From contig JAHRHZ010000197.1 in NCBI GenBank assembly GCA_024137785.1, positions 341,688 through 383,602 of the forward strand: DNA of 41,915 bases, in the 5' to 3' direction. Source of the stretch: Ginglymostoma cirratum (lineage: Eukaryota). The notes beneath the pieces were generated by a model, which was given only the letters and a program-made list of their open reading frames with translations, was not told the origin of the DNA and made no database searches. The position numbers and the translations under genes were made by a program. This document shows, in pieces, positions 24,936 through 37,583 of this stretch (position 1 is its first letter; each line of letters begins with the position of its first letter).

Positions 24936-25102
24936 TAACAAAGAGGTAACATTGTAGCAAGAAGTTTACTATGTTCCTGATTCAAGCTACTCTTCTCTTC
25001 CCAACCTGGATGGAGATTCAAGTTTCCCATGAAAATAACTTACATGACCAGCTTCTCTAAACTTTGCATAATTACATTTTGTAATCCCTCACTGCAGTTA
25101 AC

Positions 25103-26823
25103 AGGATGTGGAAGTAACAGTGTTGGACTAGGGTGGACAAAGTTAGAAGTGACACGACACCAGATTGGAATCACACGCTTTCGGAGCACAGCTCCTTTGT
25201 CAGGTGCAGTGAGAGAGAAGAGCACACAGACACAGAGATCAAGGGCAGAAGAATCAAAAGATCATACAACTGGTGTGAGTGGCATGTCAGATAATAAGCT
25301 GACAAACCAGCGAAGGGATTTATAATCCAATTGAGTGAGGCAGAGATATTTACAAAAAATTAAAAATAAGGGGGTGCTGGAGACAAACCAAATGGTTGGA
25401 AAAACGATGGGTATAAGAGTCGCATGCCAAGGGTTGAACCAAAATAATAAGTAATTCAAATCCGTAAAAACTAATAAAGGTAGAGAGATCATAACAACTT
25501 ATCAAGGTGATAGTGACAAAACAGGACAGTAAGGAAGATTTTACAGATATAGAATACCGTGGTGGGGTGACATGTAGCGTAACATGAACCCAAGGTCACG
25601 GTTGAGGCTATCTTCATAGGTTTGGAACTTGGATATCAGTCTCTGCTCGGTGAATCTGCGTTATTGTGTATCTTGAAGGCCACCTTGGAGGACCCTTACC
25701 CAAAGATTGGAGACTGAATGCCCTTGACTGCTGAAGTGTTCCCCAACTGGGAGGGAACATCCCTGTCTGGTGATTGTTGTGTGGTGTCCATTCATTCATT
25801 ATCGTAGCGTTTGCATGGTCTCGCCAATACACCATGCCTCGGGCATCCTTGCCTGCAGTAGTATGAGATAGACACCACTGGCTGAGTCACATGAGTATGT
25901 CATGTGGTACTGTCCCCATGTGTGATGGTAGTATCCATGTGATGGTCTGACATGTCTTGCAGAGGTTGCCATGACAGGGTTGTGTGGTGTTGTGGTCGAT
26001 GTTGTCCTGAAAGCTGGGTAGTTTGCTGCGAACAATGGCCCGTTTAAGGTTTGGCGGTTGTTTGAAGATGAGAAGTGGAGGCATAGGGAAGATCTTGGTG
26101 AGATCCTCATCATCGTCGATAACATGTTGAAGGCTGCAAAGAAAATGGCGTAGTTTCTCCACTCCAGGGAAGTACTGGACGATGAAGGGTACTCTATCGA
26201 ATGTATCCTGTGCCTGTCTTCTGAGGAGGTCGTTGCGGTTTTCAGCTGTGGCACTTCGGAACTAGTGATCGATGAGTTGAGCATTGTATGCCATTCCTAT
26301 GAGGGCGTCCTTTAGATGTCTGTCATACTCCTCCTCATCTGAGCAGATTCTGTGTATGGGCAGGGCTTTTCCATATGGGATGGCTTCTTTAATTTGTTTA
26401 GGGCAGAAGCTGGAGAAGTGCAGCACTGTGAGGGCTTATGATAGAGTGAGGAATTGTTATGCTCTCTCTACCTCAAACAGTTTGTACAGTTTTGAATTAC
26501 TCATTACTTTGGTTAGACCCTTGGCATGTCTATCATGTTATTCCAGTCATTTAGTTTGTCTCCAGCACCACCTTATGTTTAATATTTTGTAATTATCTCC
26601 CTGCCTCACTTAATTGGATTATAGGTTATCCCTTCGCTGGTTATTCAGCTGTTGACACTTTACTCACCGTCTAGCACTCTTGGTCACCTGCAGAGACTTA
26701 GAATTATCTGGCACTTCACTCATACCAGTTGTATGATCTTTTGATCTCTCTGCCCATGAACTCTGTGCCTGTGTGCTCTTCTCTCCCACTGCACCTGACA
26801 AGGAGCTGTGCTTCGAAAACTTG
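25103..26823 (-). mobile_element. Penelope-like element (RT C-terminus and GIY-YIG) with an inverted terminal repeat
   Basis: KQPPNLKRAIVRS, PCHGNLCKTC and GVYLI...IGET motifs; 25170-25480 is inverted relative to ~26500-26823; 12-bp TSD actgcagttaac (25091-25102, 26824-26835). Confidence 0.88.
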
Positions 26824-27239
26824 ACTGCAGTTAACTGGAGATCTGAAGTCAATTCCTATTGTGTTTCCTTTGATTCTTTTCCATTCCCCATTTATTCTCA
26901 TTAATGTTTTGTTAAGTTGGGACATAAATCAACTGGATCATAAGGTCAACTGGAGAAACAATTTGATGAAGATTGTTAAAGACAAATCAGGTACAACAGT
27001 CCTGAGTGAGTTTTTATTTTCAATAAACTGACAAACTGTGTTATTGAAGGCAGTGTGGTTGACGCTGTATATACAGACATTGCAAAAGTGCTCAGTGAAC
27101 TGATTTGTCGGTAAAACTAAATGCCAGTATGATAAAAGGGATAACCACGGTGTTAATTTTGAGTTGGTTGAGAGCTGCAAAGCAAAAAGTAATGGTGAAA
27201 CATTGATGTTCAGATTGGAAGGAAGTTACCATAAGACCC

Positions 27240-27452
27240 AATTCACTCAGTTGGCTGGATGGTTAGTTGGTGATTCAGAGTGAAGGCAACAGTGTGGGTT
27301 CAATTCCCGCACCAGTTGAGCTTACCATAAATGTCCTGCTTTCTCATCCTCACACTTCTCGCCTGAGTTAAGGTGACCCTCAGGCTAAACTCACCAACAG
27401 TCGTCGCCCTCTGAAGAGAGTGCAGTCCTCTTGGGCTATGGCTACTTGACTA
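27240..27452 (+). mobile_element. Short tRNA-like SINE
   Basis: A-box-like ctcagttgg and B box gggttcaattccc followed by a non-tRNA body. Confidence 0.55.
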
Positions 27453-27479
27453 CAAGATACAGGGGCAGAAGCAGCCTGC

Positions 27480-28050
27480 TCTGTGAGTCAACGAGATCAG
27501 AACATGATCTGCTAAATCTCAACTCCTATTTCCTGCCTTTTCCTCTTACACTTGATACCCAGATTAAAGATCTCAGCCTTAACAAACCAGCCTCGATAGC
27601 ACTCTATGGTAAAGAACGCCAAAGACTCCTACTCTCTGAGAAGAAAAGAATTCCCACTTCTCTCTATCTCGGGGTGTAACCCTGCACCCCGAACTCTCTG
27701 CTCCTAGATGGGGAAATACCCTGTTAAGTCTTACCCTGTAAGAATCTTATATGTTTCAATAAGTTCACCTTGCATTCTTCTAAACTCCAAGGAGCATAAA
27801 CCCAGGCTGCATAAAATCTCATGAGAAAATTCCTAACGAATCTTCTCTGGACTGCTGCCAATGTCAGTACGTTTTTCCTTCAATAAGGGGACCAAAACTG
27901 TTCACAGTATTCCAGCTGAGGTCAAACTTGCATCTTGCTTAGTTTTAGTAAGGCCAACCCGTTTTTGTACTCCAATCCCCTTTGAAGTTAATGCCAATAT
28001 TTCATTTACTTACCCTATTACCTGCTGAACTTGGATGCTAGTATTTTGGG
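27480..28050 (-). mobile_element. Degenerate CR1 3' fragment
   Basis: gaccaaaactgttcacagtattcca is the reverse complement of an EYCxQFW motif. Confidence 0.6.
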
Positions 28051-28329
28051 ATTCACACACGGTAGAAAGGTAAATAAATAGTTCTGTGCTTAAATACATG
28101 TAGTATTCAGAGCAAAATAAACGTATTAATAGCACAAACAAATCTTAAAAGGTATGACCTTATAGACATTACAGATAATGGGGGAATCAAAGCTGGAAAC
28201 TAAATACTCAGGGATATGGGACTGAAAGACTGGGACAGTGGATTTACAAGTATGAGATTGAATATGTACGATAGAAGGAAATGATCTTCGAGCTGAAGAT
28301 ACACAACCGAGAAGAGTGAAGGTAAGAAA

Positions 28330-28900
28330 TAACAATAGTAGGAAGACACCGAATAGTGAGTGACATGTGAGTAGCCCATAGGCTCCTTAATAGTACCTTT
28401 CTTGTAGCCATTATGTGGAGGTGCCGGTGTAAGGCAGAGAATAAATCTGGAGATAAGTGGGACATGTACAACAAAGCAGTTCATTAATCATGGGTGATGT
28501 TAATCTTCATTTAGATTGGGAAAATCAAATTGACAAAGACAGCCATGAGGAAAAACTCAAGAGTGTAATCAGGACAGTTTCCCACAGCAATGTGTCATAA
28601 ATCAAACCAGGGATCAGGCTATTATGGATCTGGTAGTGGGTCATAAGACAGATTTAATAAATGATCTCAGAATAAAACATCACCTAGGAAACAGTGACCA
28701 CAATAAAGATCTTACCATTCAGTTTGAGACTGAAACTTGTCCAGAAACAACTATGCTAAACTTAAATAAGGGTTAACTACAAAGAAATGGGGGTAGAGTT
28801 GGCTGGAATGGACTGTGTAAGGAATTTAGCAGAAAATGTGGTTGATTAAACATGACAGGCTTTTAAGAACATAACTGATGTCTCAAAGTGAAAATGTATC
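28330..28900 (+). mobile_element. Degenerate CR1 endonuclease fragment
   Basis: IMGDVNLHLDW and LGNSDH motifs. Confidence 0.6.
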
Positions 28901-29084
28901 TCTGCGCAGAAAACATTAACAGATGTCTGGAGGACAGAGGCAAGCCAGTGACATGGGCAAACACATGGAGATGAATTTTGATCAACATCAATTTCTTGGT
29001 TCTAGAAAGTAGAATAGGAGGAGGTATGTATAAAGATCTTTAAACATTTCCATCACAGACACTTGTACTCATTGCTCCTCTTAC

Positions 29085-29357
29085 CCCAGTGTCGGATTTC
29101 AACTCCTTTTTCACTCTGATCAAATTGACAAGAATAGGTGGCACCATCCTCTGGGTCTATTTCTGCCCATCTTCTGAACTGGTAAGTGCCATCGTGGTTC
29201 GGCAGGATGCCAGTCGATTCTGTCTCCATGAGCGATTTCCCATTTCTCAAGAGAGTGACTTCAATACTGCGGGGGTAAAATCCCGTGAGGAGACAGGAGA
29301 GTTGGGCTGGATTAGTAGCTGATGCCTTTTCCACAGTCACAAACACTTGAGGAGGAA
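29085..29357 (-). CDS. MHC class I heavy chain, alpha3 (Ig C1-set) exon
   Basis: ctgtcag acceptor and G|gtaaga donor, 273 nt, phase 1/1. Translates VPPQVFVTVEKASATNPAQLSCLLTGFYPRSIEVTLLRNGKSLMETESTGILPNHDGTYQFRRWAEIDPEDGATYSCQFDQSEKGVEIRHW, with C1-set motifs LSC..TGFYP, PNxDGTYQ and YSC. Confidence 0.96.
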
Positions 29358-29424
29358 CTGACAGTAAATCATATCAGAACCCAGTGAGCCAGAGATAGTG
29401 GACAATACATACACATTAAAACTA

Positions 29425-29562
29425 AAGATTAGATCCTGAACACGGGGAACAGTAAATACTCCTTTAAACTGGAGATAAGACCGCCCATGCCTGGCAATTC
29501 TACGTTCTCTTTAAACTGGAGATTAGACCCTGAACCCAGGGTACATATGCCTTTAAACTGTG
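29425..29562. repeat. ~40-48 bp tandem repeat, 3-4 copies
   Basis: ctttaaactg(g/t) at about 29462, 29510 and 29551. Confidence 0.7.
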
Positions 29563-29793
29563 GACTACATTAGTCTGTGGATTCCATTATCATGGAATCA
29601 TAGAATCCCTACAGTGTGGAAGCAGGCCACACCGATCCTCCAAACAGTATCCCCCCAAGACCCCTACCCTATCGCTGTAACCCTGCATTTTTTCCATGGC
29701 TACTTTGGGGACAACACACACTATGTTAAGAGATAACAAGGTGTAGAGCTGGATGAACACAGCAGGCCAAGCAGCATCAGAGGAGCAGGAAAG

Positions 29794-29823
29794 CTGACGT
29801 TTCGGGTCTGGACCCTTCTTCAG
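29794..29823 (-). ncRNA. Penelope-type minimal hammerhead ribozyme motif in a short repeat (29730-29825)
   Basis: CTGAAGA-A-GGGT-ccag-ACCC-GAAA-CGTC on the minus strand; stem I is weak. Confidence 0.55.
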
Positions 29824-29859
29824 AAAATTAACATACTATGATAAACACTGTTAGTGCCC

Positions 29860-30850
29860 TCTCATTCACTCATCCACTCCCAATTCACACCTTCAATCAT
29901 TAACAGTTGAGCTGCTGTCATTCCTTCTCTTCTCACTTGCCAACCCTCAGTTATCCCATCACTCACCGAATGTCAGTTCCTCTTCACTCACTGACTTTCA
30001 GAACCCCTCATTGAGTCTGATACACTCCTCAGTCACGGATTCACAGTCACCCCTCATTCACTGACTCACACTCCTTCCAAACTCACCAACTGTCAATACC
30101 CCCAACTCTCAGATTCCAATTCCCTACTGGCATTCATTCCTCCATCACTATTGATACTCATTCCTCCATCACTCTGAATCTCACTCATGTCTCACTCACT
30201 GATTCTCATTCCCTCCACACTCATAATCCTTCACATCTCCTCTCTCAGTGACCCTTACTGTCTCCTCACTCACTTCTCCCACTCCTCAAAAATTCAGTCA
30301 CTCAGTTCCTACTCACTCATTCTCAGTAATCCCTCACTCACTAAAATTCGCACCCCCAACTCAGCATCGCGCTCCCCCATCTCACTCACTATCTCTCAGT
30401 CACCATCTCTCACTCACTTCTCACTCACCATCTCCCATTCCCTCCTCACTCAATGAGACTATGACTCCCTGGTCAATACGGCTCACTCTCTCCTCATTCA
30501 CTAACACTCCCTCTGCACATCTTTGAGGATCACTTGCTCCTCACTCCCACATATTCTCTGACTATCAGTCCAGCTCAAGCACTGTCATGCACTCCTTCTT
30601 CACACTCAAGACTCCCACTCTCCATCATTCACTGTCCCACACTCCAACTTCACAGCCTCCAAACTCACTCATACACTCCCTCCCTCCTTAATCACAGCTT
30701 GTGCACTCACAGTAACTTTATCCCTCCTCACTGACATTCTTGACAGTCACTCCATCCTTACTCACCAACACCCATTCACATCTCACTCGCTGATTCTCAC
30801 TCATGCCTAACTCAGTGACTCTTAGCACTTCTTCTATCATTGAATGTCAC
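29860..30850. repeat. ctcact-rich low-complexity tract
   Basis: C/T/A-rich and G-poor on the plus strand; similar tracts at 32115-32650 and 36720-37530. Confidence 0.8.
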
Positions 30851-30859
30851 TCCCACTTC

Positions 30860-32105
30860 ATTCTTCAGCATGAAGCATCTCCGCAGTCTGCTGACAGTCC
30901 AAACTCCACCTAGCTTTATCTCTTCTGCATACTTGTATATATTAGATTTACTTCCCTCGTATAAATTATTAATATATTGAGAGTAGTCAGTCCTGTCACT
31001 GATCCTGAGGTATCCTACTAGTTGCTAGCTGCCACTTGGAAAAAGACCCACGTATTCCTAATCTTTGTTTCCTGTCTGCCATATAGTTCTCCATCTACGT
31101 CAGTAAACTACCCCAAATTCCACGTCCTTTAATTTTACGTGTTAATTTCTCATGTGGAACTTTGAAAGCCTTCTGAAAGTCCAAATAAGCCACACCCACT
31201 GGTTCCCCTCTATCAGCTCTACTGATCATCTCTTTAATCCCTTTTTTTAAATAGTGGGATTACATAGTAGGCTACACTCCAAACCATAGGAACTGTTCCA
31301 AAGTCGATTGAATCTTTAAAGATGACCACCAATACATCCACCATTTCTAACCCATTTCCTTATTTACTCTGGGGTGTACAGTATCGGACCCTGGGGATTA
31401 ATTGGCCTTTAATCCCATCAATTTCCCAACACTATTTCCCTACTAATACTGACTTCTCTCTCACTAGACCCTGCTTTCCCAAACATTTTTGGGACATTAC
31501 TTGTGTCTTCCTTTGTGAAGACAGACTAAAATATGTATTTAATTGGTCTGCCATCTCCTTGTTTCCCATTAAAACTTTGCCTACTGCTGATTGTCAGGGG
31601 CCTACATTTGTCTTCACTAATCTTTTTCTCTTTAATTATCTGTAGAATTTTTTAGAAACAGTTTTCTGTTCCCTGTAAGCTTCAAATTGTACCCTATTTT
31701 GCCCATCTTAATCAATCTCTTTGGCCTCCTTTGTCAAAATCTAATTTGCTCCTAATCTTAAGGTCTGCTGCTCTTTTGGCCAATTTGTGCGACTCTTTGA
31801 ATTTAATATCATTCCTAAATTCCTTTGTTAGCCATGGTTGGACCACATTTCCCATGTTTATCATTGCCTACCTACTGTCATCTGATTAAATAATGTCCCT
31901 CAGTTTACCTTATCCCATTGTAGTTTCCTTTATTTAAATTCAGGACTCAGAACCAACCACATCAAATCTCCAACTTAATGAAGAATTCAATTGTATCATG
32001 GTCATTGTTCCTCCAAAGGGGCTCACATTGCAAGATTGCCAGTTATTCCTTTCTCATTTCACAATACCTAGTCTAGGATGGCTGTTGGGTTCTTCACTGT
32101 ATCTG
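30860..32105 (-). mobile_element. Degenerate CR1 ORF2 fragment
   Basis: Reverse complement contains QGYLR/SVTGL-like, FQKAF and NDHDT(SDH)-like blocks in CR1 order. Confidence 0.6.
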
Positions 32106-33044
32106 GAACCCACAGACAATCACAGCCTCCAATCTCACTCACTCTCAATCTCCTCACACACTTACATTCACTCCTCTCAATCACAGCCTCTCATTCCATG
32201 TGCTTCCACCCTGCTCTCCCACTCTAACTCTCAATCCTCACACACTCATGCTCAGTTCCCCCTCAGTTAATGGTTCTAACTCAATCCCAATAACTGGATT
32301 GCACACCTCCTCAATCACTGGCTGCAACTCTGCCCTGACACTCACACTGTTTTAACTCTCACTAGCCAACTCTCACTACCTCCTCACTGTTACTCACACT
32401 CCCCTTTACTCACTGGCTCTCACTTGCTCCAAACTCTCTCTATCCCACTGACTTCTCAAACAGTGATTCTCACTACCTCCTTACCCCATGACTCTCAATT
32501 CTCCTCTCACTGAGTGTCATTCCCAGCCCTCACACTGACTCTAAGTCTAACATCAATCACTCTCACTTTCTCCTCATTTCAGTCAACAATCCCTCCTCCC
32601 ACTGCGACGCGCCCTCCCTCCTCCAGCAACAACTCGCGCCCCCTCCTCACTAATGAAAGTGCATGACATGAAGCTTTGCATTGTCAGGAAAAAGAGATCA
32701 CACCCACAGTGAGTACATAGTTCAGGGACATTCAAGGCAGTGTGGAAATTCAGGGCAGAAGGAAGAGGTGCTTTTTGTTTGTTTTATTTTAAGCTCATAG
32801 TTTGTAAGGTTTCTTTTAAATTAGGATAAATTGAAGCCCAGTATCGGGGGCTCAGCACAAAACAAACTGACATCACAGGAAAACGGTAAATTCATTGGTT
32901 GGCCATAGCTGGTGATCTGGCTATTTATTATAGATTACTTGCAGATTGAAGGTAAATGTGGGAAACATTTACACATTACAAATTAAAACACTAGTAGGAC
33001 ATTTTAAAAATACAAATTAAAAACTAAGTTAATGAAATAAAGTG

Positions 33045-34965
33045 CAGGGCCAGATGATGTGTTATAACTGCATGATGTGAGAGCTGGTGGACCCATTGTG
33101 GATTTTTGTCTCTATTCATTTGTGGGATGTGGGTGTTGTTGGCTGGCCAGCATTTCTTGTCCATCCCTAGTTGCCCTTGAGAAGGTGGTGGTGAGCTGCC
33201 TCCTCGAACCGCTGCAGTCCTCCTGCTGTGGGTTGACCCATAATCCCATATTAGAGAGGGAATTCCAGGATTTTGACCCAGCTACAGTGAAGGAATGGTG
33301 ATATATTTCCAAGTCAGGATGGTGAGTGACTTGGAGATGGCGGTGTTCTTATATGCCTGATGCCCTTGTCCTTCTAGATGGAAGTGGTCGTGGGTTTGGA
33401 CGGTGCTGTCCGAGGATCTTTGGTGGAGTTTTGCAGTGCATCTTGCTGCTGAGCATCGGTGGTGGAGGGAGTGAATATTTGTGGATGTAGTGCCAACCAA
33501 CTGGGCTGCTTTGTCCTGGATGGTATCAAGTTTCTTGAGTGTTGTTGGGGCTGGACTTATCCAGGCAAGTGGGGTGTATTCCATCACACTGCTGACTTGT
33601 GCCTTGTAGATGGCAAACAGGCTTTGAGTAGTCAGGAGGTGAGTTACTTGCCGCAGTATTCCTAGCTTCTGGCGTGTTCTTGTAGCCACTGTGTTAATGT
33701 GGTGAGTCCAGTTGGGTTTCTGGTCAATGATAACACCCAGGATGTTAATAGTGGGGGCTCAGTGAAGTCAAGAGATGGTGGTAAGATTGTCTCTTATTGG
33801 TGATGGTCATAGCCTGGTATTTGTGTGGCACGAATGTCACTTGTCACTTGTCAGCCCAAGCCTGGATATTGTTCAGATCTTGTTGCATTTGAACATGGGG
33901 CTGCTTCAGTATCTAAGGAGTCACAAATGGTGCTGAACATTGTGCAATCATTGGCGAACATCCCCACTTCTGACTTTATGTTGGAGGAAAGGTCATTGAT
34001 GAAGCAGCTGAAGGTGGTTGGGCCTAGGACACTACCCTGAGGAACTCCTGCAGAGATGTCCTGGAGCTGAGATGATTAACCTCCAACAACCACAACCATC
34101 TTCTTATGTGTCAGGTATGACTCCAACCACTGGAGAGTTTTCCCGGATACCCATTGATTCCAGTTTCGCTAGGGCTCCTTGATGCCACACTCGGTCAAAT
34201 GCAGCCTTGATATCCGAGCAACCACATCGACAGCAAGTGTTAGTTGCTTCAGGAATGCTGGCTCAGAACTGATGAGCTGGACTCTGACCTTCGCATAATA
34301 AGACACATCAGGAGGGAAACAGTGTTAACTGGGCACTGTGTTTCACAAGGCCATCACACCCTTGATTAACTACCTCGAATTCAGTCAGTGGTCAAGGATG
34401 GGAGGGTGTGACTATGAGCAAGGCAGGTAGAGCCGAAGGAGCCTCAGCCCTTGAGCTTGTTTAAAAATTTGAGATTCTTGCTTCCTGTGTGGATGAGAGC
34501 AGGGCCTGTAGGCAAACTGACCAAAGCAGCAGGATATAGGAAGCCGTTCAAGAGCGGGGAGAAAAGAAAAATGTAGTTGTAATTGGGTATAGCATAGTCA
34601 GGGGAAGAGCCATTGTTCTCTGTGGCTGGGATTTAGAGCCCTAACTGGTGTTGCCTATCTGGTGCCCGGTTCAGGATATCTTAACTGGGCTGCGGAGGAA
34701 CTTGGCACGGGAGGGGAAAGATCCAGATGTTGTTGACCATGTAGGCAGCAATGATACTGGTCGAAAGAGGAAAGAGGTACTGCTGAGAGAATATGAGCAG
34801 CTAGGGACTAAATTTAGAAGCAGAACCTATGATCTCCACATTACTTCCTGAACCACCAGTTTATTGGTACAGAGTCAACAAGATTAAAAAGTTTCAGTGT
34901 AGCTCAAAGATTGGTCTGGGAGAAATGGGTTTGAATTTGTAGAACATTGACACCAGTACTTGGGA
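33045..34965 (+). mobile_element. CR1 ORF1 (zinc finger and SGNH esterase) remnant, interrupted by 33108-34210
   Basis: CYNCMM at ~33060, VVVIGYSIVRG (GDS-like block) and DVVDHVGSNDTGR. Confidence 0.7.
33108..34210 (-). mobile_element. CR1-superfamily LINE 3' portion (RT C-terminus and tail)
   Basis: IYKAQVSSVMEYTPLAW, GVPQGSVLGP and MFANDC motifs; tail gggcaactagggatgg...atgaata. Confidence 0.85.
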
Positions 34966-35311
34966 AAAAGGGTGATGATGCTGTTACTTTAAAAAGGTTA
35001 TTTTGTCCTGGGTTTTTTAGAAGTCCAAACTCATTACTGAAAATGGCTTAAACTTTGGAGGCCTTTGGGTTTATTTTAAAAGTTTGTAACAATGGAAGGG
35101 GAGTGGCCAGTTCTCACACACTAGGCTTTCTAGTTTTGTTTAGCTTCAGCAATCAGAAACTATTTGGGCTCCAGAAGAGTAGGAGCTCCAGTGAATGATT
35201 TCTAGCTGCTACACTGTCTGAAATCTCTCGAGGTTTTTCCTCCTGGATTGCACGGAAGAATCTGTGTCTGAATTTACCTATTTGCCAATGGGTATGTTAC
35301 TATATTGGTAC

Positions 35312-35872
35312 TGTAAGGTTTTGGAGTAGATTTGTAGCTCGGGTTGTGGGTGTTGAGGTTGGTTGGCTCGCCGAGCTGGTTTGTTGCTCCGCAGACGTTT
35401 CATTACCCTGCTGGGTGATGACCCACTCCCCGCCATGGACAGGACCAATGTCATCTATAAGATTCCCTGCAGAGACTGTGAGAAACACTATATCGGACAA
35501 ACAGGAAGGAAACTAACAACGAGGGTACAAGAACACCAACTGGCTACAAAAAGACACGGAGAACCACCAATTCGACTGGGACAACACCAAAATCCTGGGA
35601 CAAGCTAAGCAGAGACAGGCACGGGAATTCCTAGAAGCCTGGTACTCCACGAAGAAAGCCATCAATAAACACATAGAACTCGACCCCATATACACTCCAC
35701 TACAAAGGAAAACCGGAAGTGAGGCAGTCCAGCTCAACGGACTCCAGAGTTTAAAAACCAGGCGGAAAACACACTGACACTTCATTGGAGGCTGCACTGT
35801 GGATATTACCCAGCAGGATAATGAAACGTCTGCAGAACAACAAACCAGCTCGCCGAGCCTACCAACCTCAAC
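35312..35872 (+). mobile_element. 5'-truncated Penelope-like element (GIY-YIG endonuclease) with an inverted terminal repeat
   Basis: NVIYKIPCRDCEKHYIGQTGRKLTTRVQEH; 35351-35415 is inverted relative to 35808-35873; 10-bp TSD atattggtac (35302-35311, 35873-35882). Confidence 0.9.
35792..35835 (+). ncRNA. Type I hammerhead ribozyme motif (variant core) at the Penelope terminus
   Basis: ctgca-CTGTGGA-t-attacc-cagca-ggataat-GAAA-CGTC-tgcag: a 5-bp stem I, stem II, palindromic ACGT and a GTC site; one core mismatch. Confidence 0.6.
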
Positions 35873-36194
35873 ATATTGGTACGATATCTATTATTTGGTT
35901 AAGTTTTCCAATAGTTAAGTCATTTGAAATTCCTCTTTCTTTTGTTTGTATTTTAACTATAGTATTTAAATAAATTGTGTTCTGCTTAATGTCGAGTAGT
36001 TTGACCAGTCGCATTACATCTGAAATATGCGCTTCACACCTACCTGAAAAATAAGAAAAGTTAGGGTCTAGGCTACCTTCTTAAAATATTTTGACATGGT
36101 CTGGTCCATAACAAACTGGGGGCTTTTGTCAGGATCGAAATCTACACGTCCAATTTGGGCTTAGGATTATTGGACTCAAAGACTGAGTAGCAGG

Positions 36195-36560
36195 TGATAA
36201 CACAGTGTGGAGCTGAAGGGGTACAGCAGGCCAGGCAGCAGAGGAGTAGGAAAGTTGACGTTTCGGGTCAGGACTGTTCTTCAGAAATGGGGGAGGGGCA
36301 AGGGAGTTCTGAAATAAATAGAGAGGGAGGGGTGGGGCTGGGGAAGGTAGGTGGGATGGTGATAGGTGAGTGCAGATAGGCAGTGGTGGGGATTGGTCAG
36401 TGTGGCAGGAGGAGCGGATAGGTGGGAGAGAAGATGGACAGGTTGTGTCAGGTCACGGAAGTGGAGATGAGAGGGAGGGTTGGTAATGGGATGAGGGCGG
36501 GGGTGGAGAGATTTTGAAACTGGTGAAGTCCATATTGAGACCATTGGGTTGTAGGATCCT
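36195..36560. mobile_element. Penelope-like element terminal fragment
   Basis: Highly similar to 11255-11612. Confidence 0.75.
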
Positions 36561-36719
36561 GCTTTTTCAGGTGAAGTGGAGAAAGGCAAACAGGCACAGG
36601 CACAGATAAGTGGAGAGACAATGACAAGATAATTCCAGGTAATTAAGAACGTCAACATATAAAGTACAAATAGTGTGAGTGGAGTGTTGACAAGCTTACT
36701 AACTTGTCTTTGCATTCCC

Positions 36720-37530
36720 ACCTCACCCACTCATCTCTCTGTGACACAAAATAACTCTTGACTCTGACTCTAACACCTCCACAGTCACCGATTGTCACTC
36801 CTTTCTCACTCAATGACCCTAATGCCCTCCTCACTCACCGACTCTCAGTCTACCCAACTGATTTTTGCTTCCTTCAAACTTACTGACACCAGTTATCTTC
36901 TTACTCCTCAAGTCTCATTCCACTGCTCATTCACTGACTCTCATGCCTTCTGCAGCCTCAGACCCTAAAACCCCATCTGACAGTCAGGCTGTGCAACTCA
37001 TTGACATTCACTTCATCACTCTCAATCTCTTCTCACTCAATGACACTCATTCCCTCCGTGCTCACAATCTCTTGGTCACTTCCCACTTATCAACTTTCAC
37101 TCCCTCCTCACTCACTGACTCACACTAGCCCGCAATCACTCACTCTTATTCACTCCTTACTCACCCACTCTCACACCCTCCTCGCTCACTGATCCTCTAT
37201 TCTCCTGAACTCACTGATGCTCAAGCTCTCTCAATGACTCTCACTGCCTCCTCACTCCAAAATTCCCACTCCATAATGACTTAATAATTCTCTCCTCTTT
37301 CTCACCAGCTCTCACTCCCACCACACTCACTGGCTCTTACTCCCCCTTGAAACATCAATGCTCACTCCCTCCTCACTCGTTCATTCTCAATGCATCACCA
37401 ACCAACTCTCAGTCCCTCCACACCTATTGACTCTCACACTCTCCTCACTTAGTGACTCACTCCCTTTAATTTTCTATCTCCAAATCCTCCTCACTCACTC
37501 ATTGGATGTCATATCCTCTCACTCACACTG
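36720..37530. repeat. ctcact-rich low-complexity tract next to the alpha2 donor
   Basis: Base composition and repeated ctcact/actcac. Confidence 0.8.
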
Positions 37531-37583
37531 ACGTACTCTTGCTCCTCCTTCTGTTACCAACTTTTCATTACCCCCACACTCAC

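Larger units (their letters stand above)
34972..36190 (+). mobile_element. LTR plus PBS of a Gmr1-like family (truncated), related to 12805-13422
   Basis: Starts gtgatgatg, ends tggtctggtccataaca (36113), followed by a tRNA-Pro-like PBS tgggggcttttgtcaggat (36117-36135). Confidence 0.75.

Noticed and set aside
29425-29562. CRISPR-like repeat-spacer pattern
   Set aside because: Vertebrate intron, spacers resemble each other, only 3-4 units and no cas genes; an ordinary minisatellite.
30187-30734. Ser/His/Leu-rich plus-strand ORFs
   Set aside because: Products of the ctcact low-complexity tract.
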